Positions 50,308 to 63,428 are shown, numbered from the stretch's first letter. The stretch: DNA of 64,000 bases from Octopus sinensis (GCF_006345805.1 NC_043019.1:16863360-16927359); one strand, 5' to 3'. Notes: generated by a model from the letters alone, not told the origin. Translations and numbers: made by a program.

Positions 50308-51789
50308 CCCGAAGTAAAATCTCCGACTGTTGGTTATTTAATCTTAACAGCTGTTCTTTAGGTCCAGACCCAAATCAGACTGTGCCTTGTAACGACATCA
50401 TAAGCAACAGAGATAAAAACAGCCGGCGGAGGTGAAGGGTGATAAGGTAGAGAGACACTACACACAGGGGTGATGTGTGCTTCTCATAGTTGCTTATAGA
50501 CAAGGTGAAGAAATAAAATGATTATTAGCACTTATCTTCTCAAGCAACACTTAACAAACACACTAATTATATAGATATATATATTAATCAAAAGTCATTT
50601 GTTTCCTGTTTACAAATCCTTTCATTATTTATCGCATGTAGTAAGGTGGTTGCTTTTTTTTTCTTGTTCTTTACTCGTCCATTTAACTGTCTCGAAATTG
50701 AATGCAATGTAGTTGTAAGCTGATTGAAAGAAATGTTCACTTTGAAATGCTGGAATTTTTTTTTCTGTGAGAAGCTTCTAAAACTGAATTAAGTTCGTGT
50801 CACATACCCACAACTTCATTAATCATTTATCTCTTAATTAAAACTGGTAAATATTTTCTTTCTCAGATCAGTTGACAAGTTTCACTTTAGCCCCAACAAA
50901 AAACGATTATTCCCAGGAAAAGATGGTCCCTGGAGGGTAATAGATCATTTATAGATATTTGCCGACCGAGGACCTTTAGAAATACTTCTCAATGGGAGGA
51001 AGATATGATTTGTTATTCTGTCAGTGAAGTGGTGGGTGGTGGTGGTAGTGGTGGTGGAGCTCCGTCGTTTGACGAACAGGATGCGTTAATTTGAACCACT
51101 AATTTACCTTCTCCTAAATTAACATTCCTCAGACAAACATCTTTAACGTAATCCTCGGGTAGAATCAAGTTATACCTGTTGAATTACAGGTGTGATACAC
51201 ATGACAGGCTTCTGTATAGTTTCCATTTACCCAGTTTCACTGACAAGGTATGGGTTGACTCTAGGCTATAGAAAGTGATGTTGGGATGGTCATGGTAAGC
51301 AGGACGAAGGCAAGAGGTTGCGTTCTGAGACATGAATGATCCAACAATAAAGGATTCCAAATTTTTCTTTTATTTTTCACTTGTTTTAGTCATTGTACTG
51401 CGGCTCAATGGATCAATACTATAGTTTTTTATAACTCCTTGCAAAACTTCTAGAACTTTTGGAAATATAATCTGATGGGAATTTACACAACCTTTCTTTA
51501 AAGCTTCCTGCCCTTAACAGGATGGTTGAGAACATTTACATGGGCATTCATGCCTCTTTTGACAATATAATTAGTTTTAAGGAGCAGGTCATGCCTTTTG
51601 TTAAAATACTCTGAACCGCAACAGAAACGGACGATGTGTGTGGCTGTGAAATATGTTTTAATTTCATTATGTCAGAGATAAATTTTGATAAATCTGATAA
51701 AGTCAATTTCTTGGATGCACTTTCACCACAGTCTATGGGTCGTTGTCATGTGTTCTGGTCGTGGGTGGATCTAGTACATTGAGATTGTA

Positions 51790-52870
51790 GGGCGTGACGT
51801 ATTCAATACCATGTATGCCTTCCGCGGGTGTTCAAAACGGCCTTACACTGTCGGTACATGAAGTGCATGAGGCGGTTCGCATAAGCCATCAGCACCTGTG
51901 CCCAAACCCTGAGAAAAGCTGCCTCCAGTCCTACATGGGTTGTCGGCCTTGGGACCACCTGGTTCAGCCTTCTCTGAATTTCATCCCACAGGTGTTCAAT
52001 TGGGTTAAAATCCAGGCTGACATCTGGCCATAACATGGTTCTGATGTTGTGCTGATGCAGGAAGTCCATGGTGACCCTGGCCATGTGGGAGGGAGCATTG
52101 TTCTGCTGGAACATGTGGCTATGATGACATGTGAAGAAGGGCACGATGTGGGGTTTTAGGATCTGGTCAATGTTGCGCTGCACTGTGATGCCATTCTCTC
52201 TGCCTGCACCAACATTTTGGAACACATGAGGCCCAATTCTCTGATTTAGGCCTATAGCACCCCAAACCATGATGCTTTGGTCACCCTCATGCATCTCTCT
52301 CCATGACATGCATCTCTCTCCATGACATGCATCTCTGTAGCGTTCACCCCTCCTATGCCACACCCTCACTCTGCCATCCTAGGTGGAAACACAGTGCTGG
52401 TTCTCGTCAGAAAAGAATATCGACCTCCATTGTTGATGCCACCAATGTTGGTGCTGTGTAGCCCATTGTAGTTGTGCCTGACGGTGGCAGGTGGTGAGGA
52501 CAGGCCTTTGAGCAGGACAATGGCAAAACAGGTTGTTGGCAGCCAGTTGACATTGTACCATGTTGTCGCTGACAGGATGCTGTCCAGTGCCAGTGGTCTT
52601 GCGAGCTGTCACACTGGCTAGTCTGAAGTGATCACAGAGGTGGTGCAGGTGGATGAAGTGGTCCTGCCTGGGTGTGGTCACCCAGGGGCATCCTCTGTGG
52701 ACAAGGTCTGCGGTGCTCTTGGTGTTATTGAATTGCTGTTGCAGGCGATAGATGGTGCTGACACAGACATTGTAAGGTTTCGCAACAACCAGGACACGCT
52801 GCCCTGCTTGCAATCAGCTGATAGCTTGTTCTCTCTGCGCTGCTGACAATCAGGTCATACTCGATGCATC
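51790..52870 (-). mobile_element. Tc1-like (DD34E-type) transposase pseudogene
   Basis: ORFs 52379-52813 and 51803-52369: IFFSDE, MVWGAI, FQQNNAPSH (second D changed to N), WPDVSLDFNPIEHLW. TIRs not confidently located. Confidence 0.88.
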
Positions 52871-54683
52871 CAAATTATGAATGCAAGGAATGTGGTTCAA
52901 ATTGATTTCTATACCCATAACCTCCACGAGATGCCTGTGCATTTCGGTTGTCATGACAATTGTTTGCGACTGCCACCCACGGCATTCAACACAGCTGCAT
53001 TTTGGCATCTCATTTCAGGGTAAGTTAAAAGGTTCCTGCAATTTGGGTCTCAGCCATAAACCAGCTTGTCTTGGAATATTTACACTTACATCCCCAAAAT
53101 AAATATTATTTAGAAATTTATTCAATTTATTATTCAATTTTCAATAAAGTAAAATCTTAAATTATTAATTGACACACTATTAATTAACATAATTGCATAG
53201 CCTGGAAAAAAACATGGATTACATGGGAAAATGCGAGCAAGGGAAATAATATTCTTGAGATTATAAACTTGGAAAATTACAGGCCAAGTCATTTCACTTG
53301 GAAAAGTTCAGGACAGGTTATTACATCTGGTAAAGTACAGAAGAAGAAAATTTTTACTTAAAATAATTGCAGCCAAGTCCTGTACTTTTATAATCTTAAG
53401 AATATTATATCTCTTGCTTGCATTTTTTCATGTAATAATGAATGCCCTGATGCAGTCCCAGGCAGAGGCTCTCATAGCTTCTGATCTTAACTGACTGGAA
53501 GTGTTATCATGTACATTGTTTTGTCTTGGTATAAAAGATGGGCTACACCAAATATTCTGCTCAATACCACAGATTTGCTTGTCAGTTGTTTGACCTTAAC
53601 CAGTTGAGCATGTCCAGTAGTGGCTGATGATATGTGCATCTCTGACCATGAGCAGAAGTAGTGGGGGAGCATCATAGCCATGTGTTGAGAGGGATTCTTT
53701 GGGGTTTGAATAATTCACCTATGAAAACATGGGTGTTTTGTTCATCCTTAAAACGAAGCTTATTCAAGGACCTTTTGAGCAGGATGGCCTACTTGACCTG
53801 AAGAAAATTCTAACTGGCCCCCACCTGGAAGGTCATGTGCTGTTTATCTTGATATGAGATCACCATGTCACCCACACATATGGTTGTGATGCATGTGCCT
53901 GGTGTACCCTTATCAAAGGAGTAGTCATGATGGGTATACTGGGCTTCATATATTTGTACCCCAGTATCACTTTGATAGCATGTGCTGCTCTCACTCAATA
54001 TTAATAATAAAAATAATAATTTACAGTACACAACTATGATTATAATTATAAGTTTCGTGTAAGGCTGATCACTCAGATGTGTACATTGTGGATTTAAGTT
54101 GAGAAAATGATTGCTGTGAAGGTCCTACAAAGAAAATCTTTCTAGAATCTAACTAAAATGATATTTTTTCTATAGGGAAAAAAATTGTCATTATAGAACA
54201 TAGGGTAGTAACTCATGGCAGAGGATCAATGAGTTATTTCTTATGCTAAGGTAAAGATCACTGGAAATTGAATTCAGATAACAGAAAGGAAATAAAGATT
54301 GTATTTCAATGAGTAATGGTTTCCTAATTACTATTTTTTTTCTTCTGATGATTTGGGTAACAAATCACTTTAAAATTAACCCTGTATTTTAATTGCATAA
54401 TTACATAAATAATGATGTTTTATGCTATTGAAACAGCTGTTGAGTAGAAGTAAATTATGAACTATATGTAAAATGTATGCTTTTTATTCCAAATATGCTG
54501 CTCTCAACAATTGTTTCAGCTGATTGCTAATAAACATGCAAATTGGTTCCAACAGGATTTACCAAATTGTAATTATATATCAGGGTGTAATAATGAGCTC
54601 TTAATTACTGTGGTTGAATAGTTTTGATGTTTATTCATTACTTCTGTTTATAGACATAAATATGTGTTTGTATATGCATTTAC

Positions 54684-54724
<41 letters not shown>

Positions 54725-54920
54725 TGTGTGTGTGTAATCTAAATAAGAAGATAAAGAAAGAGTTTGTCCCATCTTTAATGACCAATGACACCTGGATATT
54801 CTACACCTGAAGAATTTTGATCTGAGTTAAGACTGCAATTCCAGATTGCCTAAAGCTTAGGCTGAGTGCTACATTGGAAATGTTCCCCTGTTCTCCCCAT
54901 CCAGGACCTTATTGTGAAGG

Positions 54921-55220
54921 TGTGTGGCTTAGTGGTTAGGGGCATTCAAGGTCGTGAGTTCAATTCCTGGCGATGTGTAGTGTCCTTGAGCAAGACACTT
55001 TATTTCACTTTGCTCCAGTCCACTCAACTGGCAAAAATGAGTTGTACCTGTGTTTCAAAGGGCTGGCCTTGTCACTCTGTGTCACACTGAATATCCCCAA
55101 GAACTACATTAAGGGTACACGTGTTTGTGGAGTGCTCAGCCACTTGCACGTTAATTTCACGAGCAAGCTGTTCTGGTGATCATATCAGCTGGGACCCTCG
55201 TTGTTGTAATCAACGGAGTG
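54921..55220 (+). mobile_element. tRNA-headed SINE family C
   Basis: GTGGCTTAGTGGTTAG...GAGTTCAATTCC head; homologous inverted copy at ~15385-15690. Confidence 0.8.
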
Positions 55221-55233
55221 CTCCTATATACAT

Positions 55234-55461
55234 TATTTATTTACTACCCACAAGGGTCTAAACACATAGGGGACAAACAAGGACAGACAAATGGATTAAG
55301 TCGATTACATCGACCCCTGTGCGAAACTGGTACTTATTTAATTGACCCCGAAAGGATGAAAGGCAAAGTCGACCTCGGCGGAATTTGAACTTTGAACGTA
55401 ACGGCAGACGAAATACTGCTAAGCATTTCGCCCGGCGTGCTAACGTTTCTGCCAGCTCGCC
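55234..55461 (-). mobile_element. SINE family E (Nin/Deu-like central domain) with 14-bp TSD
   Basis: Flanked by direct repeat GCTCCTATATACAT (55220-55233 and 55462-55475); core AGGTCGACTTTGCCTTTCATCCTTTCGGGGTC. Related copies ~15801-16007, 21145-21330, 35540-35750. Confidence 0.8.
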
Positions 55462-56363
55462 GCTCCTATATACATGATATATATATATATGTCAATTTTA
55501 CAAACGTTGTGGTGCATGTTAATTTATGCATGCTGATCGTTATATCAACTAAATGATTGGAAAACAAATATTTACGTCTGTAAATGTGATATGTGAAAAC
55601 AGAAATTTAATATATTCTGTCAAATTTCTGAATTGTTATGAGATATATATTGACTAAAATTTCATTATCAGAATACACAAATGCACAGACAGCCGATTAG
55701 AGACCCTCCAGGTGGGCAGACCACTTTTAAGGACCTATTTGGAAAGAAGCTGCATTAAAAATTACTTAAACTTTATAAATGATGTGATAAGAAAATTGAA
55801 AGAAGAAACGTTTTATTGGAAAGTTGAAACCAGTTGATTTGATATTGATTTGAATTTAAATTAATTAGAAAATCATGTTCACATGAAAAGAAAAGAGTAG
55901 AAGACTGTAAGAGTTATCTCCTTTTAATCGCTCAATAATGTCGTTTGGTTGCAGGGACTAAATAAAGGGATCCCTTTTAATATTCCCCTAGATGTAAATA
56001 ATTGTTTTGTAAATATTCGCAGAAATATGACTGTTATTATATTGAAATTCCTCAGGATAATTATTCCATAGACATTTAAGAATTCATGCAAAGAGAAAAA
56101 AAAAAAAAATTGTGAAATTCCAGTTTTGTTGCTTTGACAGGTTTTCTGTCTGAAATTTTACAAACTATGAACCATATAGACATATATATATATGAATGTA
56201 ATGTAATGTAATGTATGTATGTATATGTTATATATATAAGATTATGTATACGTAAATATACGCTTTACACACATGCACACACACACACATGCACACCCAT
56301 ACTCATATTTCTGTCAATATGTACATATTTAAATCTATATATGTATATGTGTATATATATATA

Positions 56364-56398
<35 letters not shown>

Positions 56399-56510
56399 AA
56401 TCAATATAAGGGTAGCAAAGAATTCAATATAAATTTTTTTTTCGCCACCAGTGGTCCAGTGAGAAAGAGAAAATAGTCACAGACTATATATATATAATTT
56501 CAACAATACA

Positions 56511-56690
56511 TAGGCCATTCGACTCACTAGAAAGAGCAGTCAAACTTAAACCACTAAATAGTAGTAATTCAGAAATCAAAGGAAAATTAAAATGATTAGG
56601 GTAAATGTTTTTAATTTTCCTTTGATTTCTGAATTACTACTATTTAGCGGTTTGAGTTTGACTGCTCTTTCTAGTGAGTCGAATGGCCTA
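56511..56690. repeat. 82-bp-arm inverted repeat
   Basis: Arms 56511-56592 and 56609-56690, 2 mismatches; outer TATATATAATTTCAACAATA also mirrored. Confidence 0.92.
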
Positions 56691-56715
56691 TTAAGGCCAT
56701 TCCTTAATATTGTTG

Positions 56716-56746
<31 letters not shown>

Positions 56747-56802
56747 GCATGCATAGGTTGGTTTGTTTTTTTATATATATGTATGCATGTGTATGTATTC
56801 AT

Positions 56803-56853
<51 letters not shown>

Positions 56854-57700
56854 GCATCCATAGGTTGGTTTGTATGTGTTTGTTTCTTTATATATATGTG
56901 TGCATGTGTATGTATTCATTATATATATGTGTGTGTGAGTGTGTATACATACACACATGCAAATGTCTCTCTCACACACACACACATCCTATTAGTATCT
57001 CTTCTTTCTTCTCTCTAAACATCACCAGATCCACCATTTGAGATATTTTGCAAATGAATCTTAAATATTCCTAATTAGCTGTTGCCTTCTCTGATATCAA
57101 GGAAATGAATTAAGTGTGCAATTAAAAGAGGTTAACGAGAGAACAATTAAGTCTATTTCAAATGCTAACATCCGTGAAGTATCTCCTCCAATGAAGTTAA
57201 TAAACTGTAACATGTCTAACGATGCTCAGTTAATTTTTTAATCAAATGGTAAATCTTTACCTTTAACTTCAACAGTTACACAAAGAAAATTTCATGCAGC
57301 TCCACTTCACACGCTCTAATTTTATGATTAAAAGCATTCCAACTATGGCCATCCAAATGAGTATTTTAATCTAGGGCTTTTTTTCTATTTTTTTTAAGCT
57401 GTTGGTATAGAGATTGGAGTGAATTTGTTTACCATTTCTAAATGGCTGAATTCTGTGGGGTTTTTTACCCCCTTTTTTTAACAGATGTATACAGCTGTGT
57501 GGCAAGAAGCTTCTTTCCCAATCACATAGTTCTGGGTTCAGTCCCACTGCGTGGTACCTTGGGAAAGTGTCTTTTATTACAGCCTCCAGCCAACCAAAGC
57601 ATTGTAAGTGGATGGAAACTGAAAGAAGCCAATCATTTACATTGTGCCCCAGCATGGCCACAATCAAATGCCTGAAACAAGTAAAATATAAAAGATATAT

Positions 57701-58062
57701 ACTCTTTTACTTGTTTCAGTCATTTGACTGCAGCCATGCTGGAGCACCGCCTTTAGTCGAGCAACTCGACCCCGGTACTTATTCTATCGGCCTCTTTTGC
57801 CGAACCGCTAAGTGACGGGGACGTAAACACACCAGCATCGGTTGTCAAGCAATGCTAGGGGGACAAACACAGACACACAAACACACACGCACACATATAT
57901 ACATATATACGACGGGCTTCTTTCAGTTTCCGTCTACCAAGTCCACTCACAAGGCTTTGGTTGGCCCGAGGCTATAGTAGAAGACACTTGCCCAAGGTGC
58001 CATGCAGTGGGACCGAACCCGGAACCATGTGGTTGGTAAGCAAGCTACTTACCACACAGCCA
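57701..58062 (-). mobile_element. SINE family A
   Basis: Full-length copy lying tail-to-tail with a partial + copy at ~57490-57690. Confidence 0.88.
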
Positions 58063-58631
58063 CATATATATAAATATTTAGTAGAAGCAACAGAGTGACC
58101 GAAGGACCGAGGGTTTTGTGTGTTGGCACTAATCAAACTAGTTACAACTTACTGAATGACATAAAAGGCAAAAAGTATTTGAAAAACATGAAATATTCAT
58201 GTGACATTGTAATTGTTCTTTAAAATTCATTCTAGAATATTCCAGGGAAATATAATTTCTCCCCAGCTGTATAGATCCATCCATGACCCTTCCATCCGTA
58301 ACTAGTTTGGGAAGTGCTGATGCATGAAACTCTTGGCCCTTGAGTCACTCCTGTGCTTCTGATAAATATTCATGATAATATGCATATACTCACACTTTGA
58401 GTTCTATTTTTCCTGTTTGCATCACCATACCTGTGTGTGTGTGTGTGAGTATATATATATACCTTCAAAACACACTTTGAGTCGAACCAGGGACAGCTGA
58501 TGAAGGGGAATTTTCCTTGTATTGTTTGTCCTGTACTCTGTTTTTTCGTTATTTAAAAAAAGTCCGTTTCCTTGTTTGATTTTATGTTCTCGTCTCTCGT
58601 TGTGTTCTACGTTTATTTGTGGTGTCCTGTA

Positions 58632-58706
<75 letters not shown>

Positions 58707-58740
58707 TATATTTTGTTTATTTATTATATTACTATATATA

Positions 58741-58785
<45 letters not shown>

Positions 58786-59263
58786 TATAAAATTTACTTA
58801 GAGATGGATGTGTGGCATTCAATCAAATAATAATATAAAATATATATATATATATGCATATATACACACACATACATATGTATGTATATACGTATGGATA
58901 TATGGGTAGAGGACATCACAAAACGTAAACAACATGAAACATGAAAATAACGTTGGGTACGCAAAGAACGAGAGAAACAAATGGAAAACATGACAAGTAA
59001 CATAAAAGACGACCCTTCATCAGTTGTCGGCTGTCCTTCTACTCCTTAATTCAAGCAATGAATAACAAGATAAGACCTAGAAGGCAGTTGCTCCTACAAA
59101 CCAAAATAAAATTTGGGATTTGCAGAGGGTCAAAGTTGGTACCAAAAACAGGACATACAACAAACCAAATGAGCTGTTAGGCTCAGACAAGGTTAAGGTA
59201 GTGAATGATGGAAGAAGATTCTTTGATAAGAGAAAAGATAGGAGATGAGACAGATACATAGAC

Positions 59264-59298
<35 letters not shown>

Positions 59299-59368
59299 GG
59301 AGTAAACACATAAATGTGAAACAAGGTGGAAAAAAGAGTACTCAAATACCAGTGGTAGAGTAATATGA

Positions 59369-59510
59369 TTTATTTAAAGCAGCAGAAAATTCAACAAAAC
59401 CTGTTACTCTGAGTTTCCCGTTGCCGTTCATCAGCAAAAACTGTCCGATGAACGGCAACGGGAAACTCAGAGTAACAGGTTTTGTTGAATTGTCTGCTGC
59501 TTTAAATAAA
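59369..59510. repeat. 64-bp-arm inverted repeat (Penelope-like tail) containing a minimal hammerhead-like motif
   Basis: Arms 59369-59432 and 59447-59510, 1 mismatch, 14-nt loop. Confidence 0.9.
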
Positions 59511-59518
59511 GTATATAT

Positions 59519-59564
<46 letters not shown>

Positions 59565-59797
59565 CACATAGATGTATATATATGTGTGTGTGTGTGTGTG
59601 GTGTGTGTGTGTATGTATAAGATTTCTAGAATTGAGAGAAGATATTTAAATAGTAAAATCACAAAAGTAGGGCCAGTGATAAGCGTGACTGTGAACAAAC
59701 GATACATCGAGTCATCTTATCTTAATGACTTTCATACTGTTTTCAATCAATTGTTCATTTCTCCATTGAAATGTGAAATTTTAGTCAATGAAAAATA

Positions 59798-60758
59798 TTG
59801 GATCATCCCATAAATAATGCGATTTTATTTCAATTGTATGTACTAAAAGTCAGAGGGGGATGGGATAAACTACCTGCATCAACTTTCTATAAAAGCAGGT
59901 AGTAATTTTACCTTGTGCTTATTCATAGTACAAGAGTGCAGTTCGATTTTAACAGTTATTTTTTCAAATCTATAATAGAAGTGACAAAGGAGCATATTCA
60001 GCATATTTTGCTTTATGAGTTCAATAAAGTTCAACAATGGAATGGAAAGGGTGAGGAACATTAATGCAGCATATGGGGATCAGACAATAAGCATAAGCGA
60101 GTGTCAACAGTGGTTCCAGAAATTCTGAGCCAGAAACTACAGCCTAGAAGATGAGCCTTGTCCTGGAAGATCTGTAGAGCTTGATGAGGATGTCCTGCAA
60201 ACCCTGGTGGGATAAAATACCATTGTAACTGTTGAGAAACTTGGATTTGGTCATTCAACCATTCACTGATACCTGCATGCCATTGGAAAAGTCAGCAAAT
60301 CGGGTCAATGGGTTCCTCACAAACTTTCCGAGTCTAATCGCATGCAGAGAGTGAATGTGTGTTCCTCTTTCCTGTCACATCCCATGAATGACCCTTTTTT
60401 GGACTGAATAGTGACTGGTGACGAGAAATGGGTTCTCTGTAAAAATGTCATGCACCGAAGACAGCAGGGAGGGAAAGGAGAAACACCGGCACCCCAGGCT
60501 AAAGGTCTTCACCCACGTAAGGTGTTGTTATCTGTTTGGTGGGATATGAAAGGTTTAGTCCACTTTGAACTTTTAAACCCAAACCTCACGATAACAAAGG
60601 AGATCTACTGCAAGCAGCTTGAGCGGATTAAGTCAGTGCTTGAAGAAAAACGATTGTCTTTGGTTTCAAGACGAAAAGTGTTCTTCCATCTGGATAATGG
60701 TCGGCCACATTCAGTGAGGATGACATTTCAAAGGCTGGAGCAGTTTGAATGGGAAATG
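59798..60758 (+). mobile_element. Mariner (DD34D) pseudogene, same family as 1921-2848, 3'-truncated at a SINE
   Basis: TA + TTGGATCATCCCATAAATAATG TIR; VTGDEKWV...KVLLSVWWD...HLDNGRPH motifs; frameshifts and stops. Confidence 0.9.
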
Positions 60759-60777
60759 ATATACATATATATATATA

Positions 60778-61203
60778 GGCGCAGGAGTGGCTGTGTGGTA
60801 AGTAGCTTGCTTCCCAACCACATGGTTCCGGGTTCAGTCCCACTGCGTGGCACCTTGGGCAAGTGTCTTCTACTATAGCCTCGGGCCGACCAAAGCCTTG
60901 TGAGTGGATTTGGTAGACGGAAACTGAAAAGAAGCCCGTCGTATATATGTATATAAATAGCTATGCATGTGTGTGTTTGTGTGTCTGTGTTTGTCCCCCT
61001 CGCATTGCTTGACAACCGATGCTGGTTTGACAACCGATGCTGGTTTGTTTATGTCCCTGTTACTTAGCGGTTCGGCAACAGAGACCAATAGAATAAGTAC
61101 TGGGCTTAGAAAAGAATAAGTCCCAGGGTCGAGTTGCTCGATTAAAGGCGGTGCTCCAGCATGGCTGCAGTCAAATGACTGAAACAAGTAAAAGAGTAAA
61201 GAG
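60778..61203 (+). mobile_element. SINE family A at the 3' truncation point of the mariner
   Basis: Full-length, with an internal duplication of TTGACAACCGATGCTGGT. Confidence 0.9.
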
Positions 61204-61525
61204 TATATATATCTGACTCTGTGTGTGTGTGTGTGTGTGCATGTAATACGTGTTATATATATATATATATCTGTATATGTATAAAGTTAATCCAAACATG
61301 AAAACACCAAGAGAAAACACAACAACACGAGGACGTGGAACAAATATAGTATTATTGGACGCCCAGGAAGGAAGGGAAGAAGGAGGGTTTTATGTTTCGA
61401 GCGGAGCTCTTCGTCGGAAACATAGGAGGAGGAAAGATCCAGAGAGGGGAAGACGGAAGAAAAAAAATCGCCAACGGTACACACGCGGTCACCTGTATGT
61501 ATATATATATATATATGTATATATG

Positions 61526-61575
<50 letters not shown>

Positions 61576-61732
61576 CTGTGTGTATATATATACATATGTG
61601 TGTGTGTTATATATCTGCAATGTAGATATTTTAAAATTTTGTATTCATGTGGAATCTGACAAGCTGTTCACAAGGCTTTGCTTTGTGGGTGCAAAACCTT
61701 GGGTAACTCTATATAAAATTTTGTTGGTGTAT

Positions 61733-61782
<50 letters not shown>

Positions 61783-62289
61783 GTACATATATATGTATGT
61801 GTGTATGCATGGTACATTTGTATAAGCTCCTACTAAACTTATCTTACACTCTCTATGTGTGTGTGTATGTGTGGTTGTGTGTGTGTATATATATGCTACA
61901 TGTGTATAGGCACCTGCTAACCTTATCTTACACTGTGTGCTTGGCTGTGCCCTGTTGCACCCACCAACACTGACTTCCCAAAATCCTCTTCTCTCCTCGT
62001 TTCCTCTTCCTTTATCTTACTAACAGCTGTCACACTCAATGACTGCCACTAATACACTAAACACCATTCATACTTGTGTGTTATCTATTCTCACAACTGC
62101 AGCAATGGAGATCTTGATGAATGGGAGTATAATTAGCATAATTAATCAACGAACCAATGCCAGGTGGGACATCTCCCCAAGCATGTTCTGATGACAATCG
62201 ACCGAAATACACTTTCCTTGATTCAGATGCAGACATCATACATCAGCCACCCGACCAAGATGTCGTTGGAAATTCCCATCTTCTTCTTC

Positions 62290-62395
62290 TTGTTCTCAGA
62301 TCAAAAACTTTAAGAGTTGCCATCATCAGCATCAACATAATGAAAGGCAGATCTAAAGAGATTGTGAAGATGCTCGAATCAAAAAACAAACGGCT
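62290..62395 (+). mobile_element. RTE LINE endonuclease N-terminus remnant
   Basis: LRVAIISINIMKGRSKEIVKMLE resembles the APE-domain start LRV.T.NV.TM.GRS.E.V.ML. Confidence 0.55.
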
Positions 62396-62534
62396 TTTTG
62401 GCCAGGCATGTTTACATGGAATTTTTCAAACAAATGGCACCGTACGATGGTCTCTGTTGTTTATGATTAAGATGCTTGGAGCAGGACAAGGGCTAATGCA
62501 CACACATATACATACAAACACACTTGCATATACA

Positions 62535-63394
62535 TCCTGGGTGCAATGGGAAAATTGTTGCCATTTTATATTCTAAATTTTGTGCATGCGCATTGTTTGT
62601 TTTTGATTTTGTCAACTACACAGTATAGTAGGGTCAGTTGGGCACTGTCTTTGAGATAAATGGCACCATGAAGCAATTCACTCTGCCAGAAATTAGGAAA
62701 TGACCTGCTGTACTGCTTGACAATCATGCCGGAAGCTCCAATACGAGCATTTTAGAGTGTTTGGGTGTCAATTTGAGGACATAAAAATCAAACATCCAGT
62801 CAATATCATGGTGCTTGGAGTGATCACTAGTGATGGTGACGTTATGCCACCATTCATCTTCCCACATGATCTCAGACTCAACACGAAGGCCTACATCAAG
62901 TACATGGAGAAGGTAGTGCTGCCCTGGGTCAAGAGGGTGGCTACTGGAAGACCATATGTCTGGCAACAGGACTCTGCACTTTGCCACAGAAACAGGAGAA
63001 CCCAGTCATGGTTGTCAGACAACTTCTGCAATCATGTCACCCCTAATATCTGGCCACCTAACTCCTCAGACTGCAACCCCCCTGATTATTATGTGTGGGG
63101 TGCAGTTGAGCAAGAGACCAACAAAACTCCTTGTAACACCAAAGATTAATAAAGGCAAGGATTATGGCAGCATTCACAAACTTAAACAAGGAGATTGTCC
63201 AGAAGATTTGCAGGAGATTCCGAAGTTGTCTGGAGGCCGTGATTGAAGCCAATGGAGATTTTATTGAATAAATTTACTCTTTAGTATTTCAAGATATATT
63301 TATGTAATTTTGGTAAATATATCAGTTAAAATAAGATGTCAGTGTTATTTTCATTTTTGCGTAATTTATACAACAGTTTATTCACCGCACCCTG
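62535..63394 (+). mobile_element. maT-type (DD37D) Tc1/mariner element, internally deleted
   Basis: KHPVNIMVLGVI...WQQDSALCH...WPPNSSDCNPPDYYVW with 37 residues between the last two Asp; right end ...CACCGCACCCTGTA; degenerate GGGTGC..TG...AAA.TGTTG at the left end. Confidence 0.8.
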
Positions 63395-63428
63395 TATATG
63401 TATATATTTATATATATTTGCATATGTA

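Noticed and set aside
58490-59045. CTGATGA motifs at ~58498 (+) and ~59030 (-) as hammerheads
   Set aside because: No GAAA core or compatible stems at the right spacing in these copies.
56215-61825. Numerous YIYI/VCVC ORFs
   Set aside because: Translations of (TA)n/(TG)n microsatellites.
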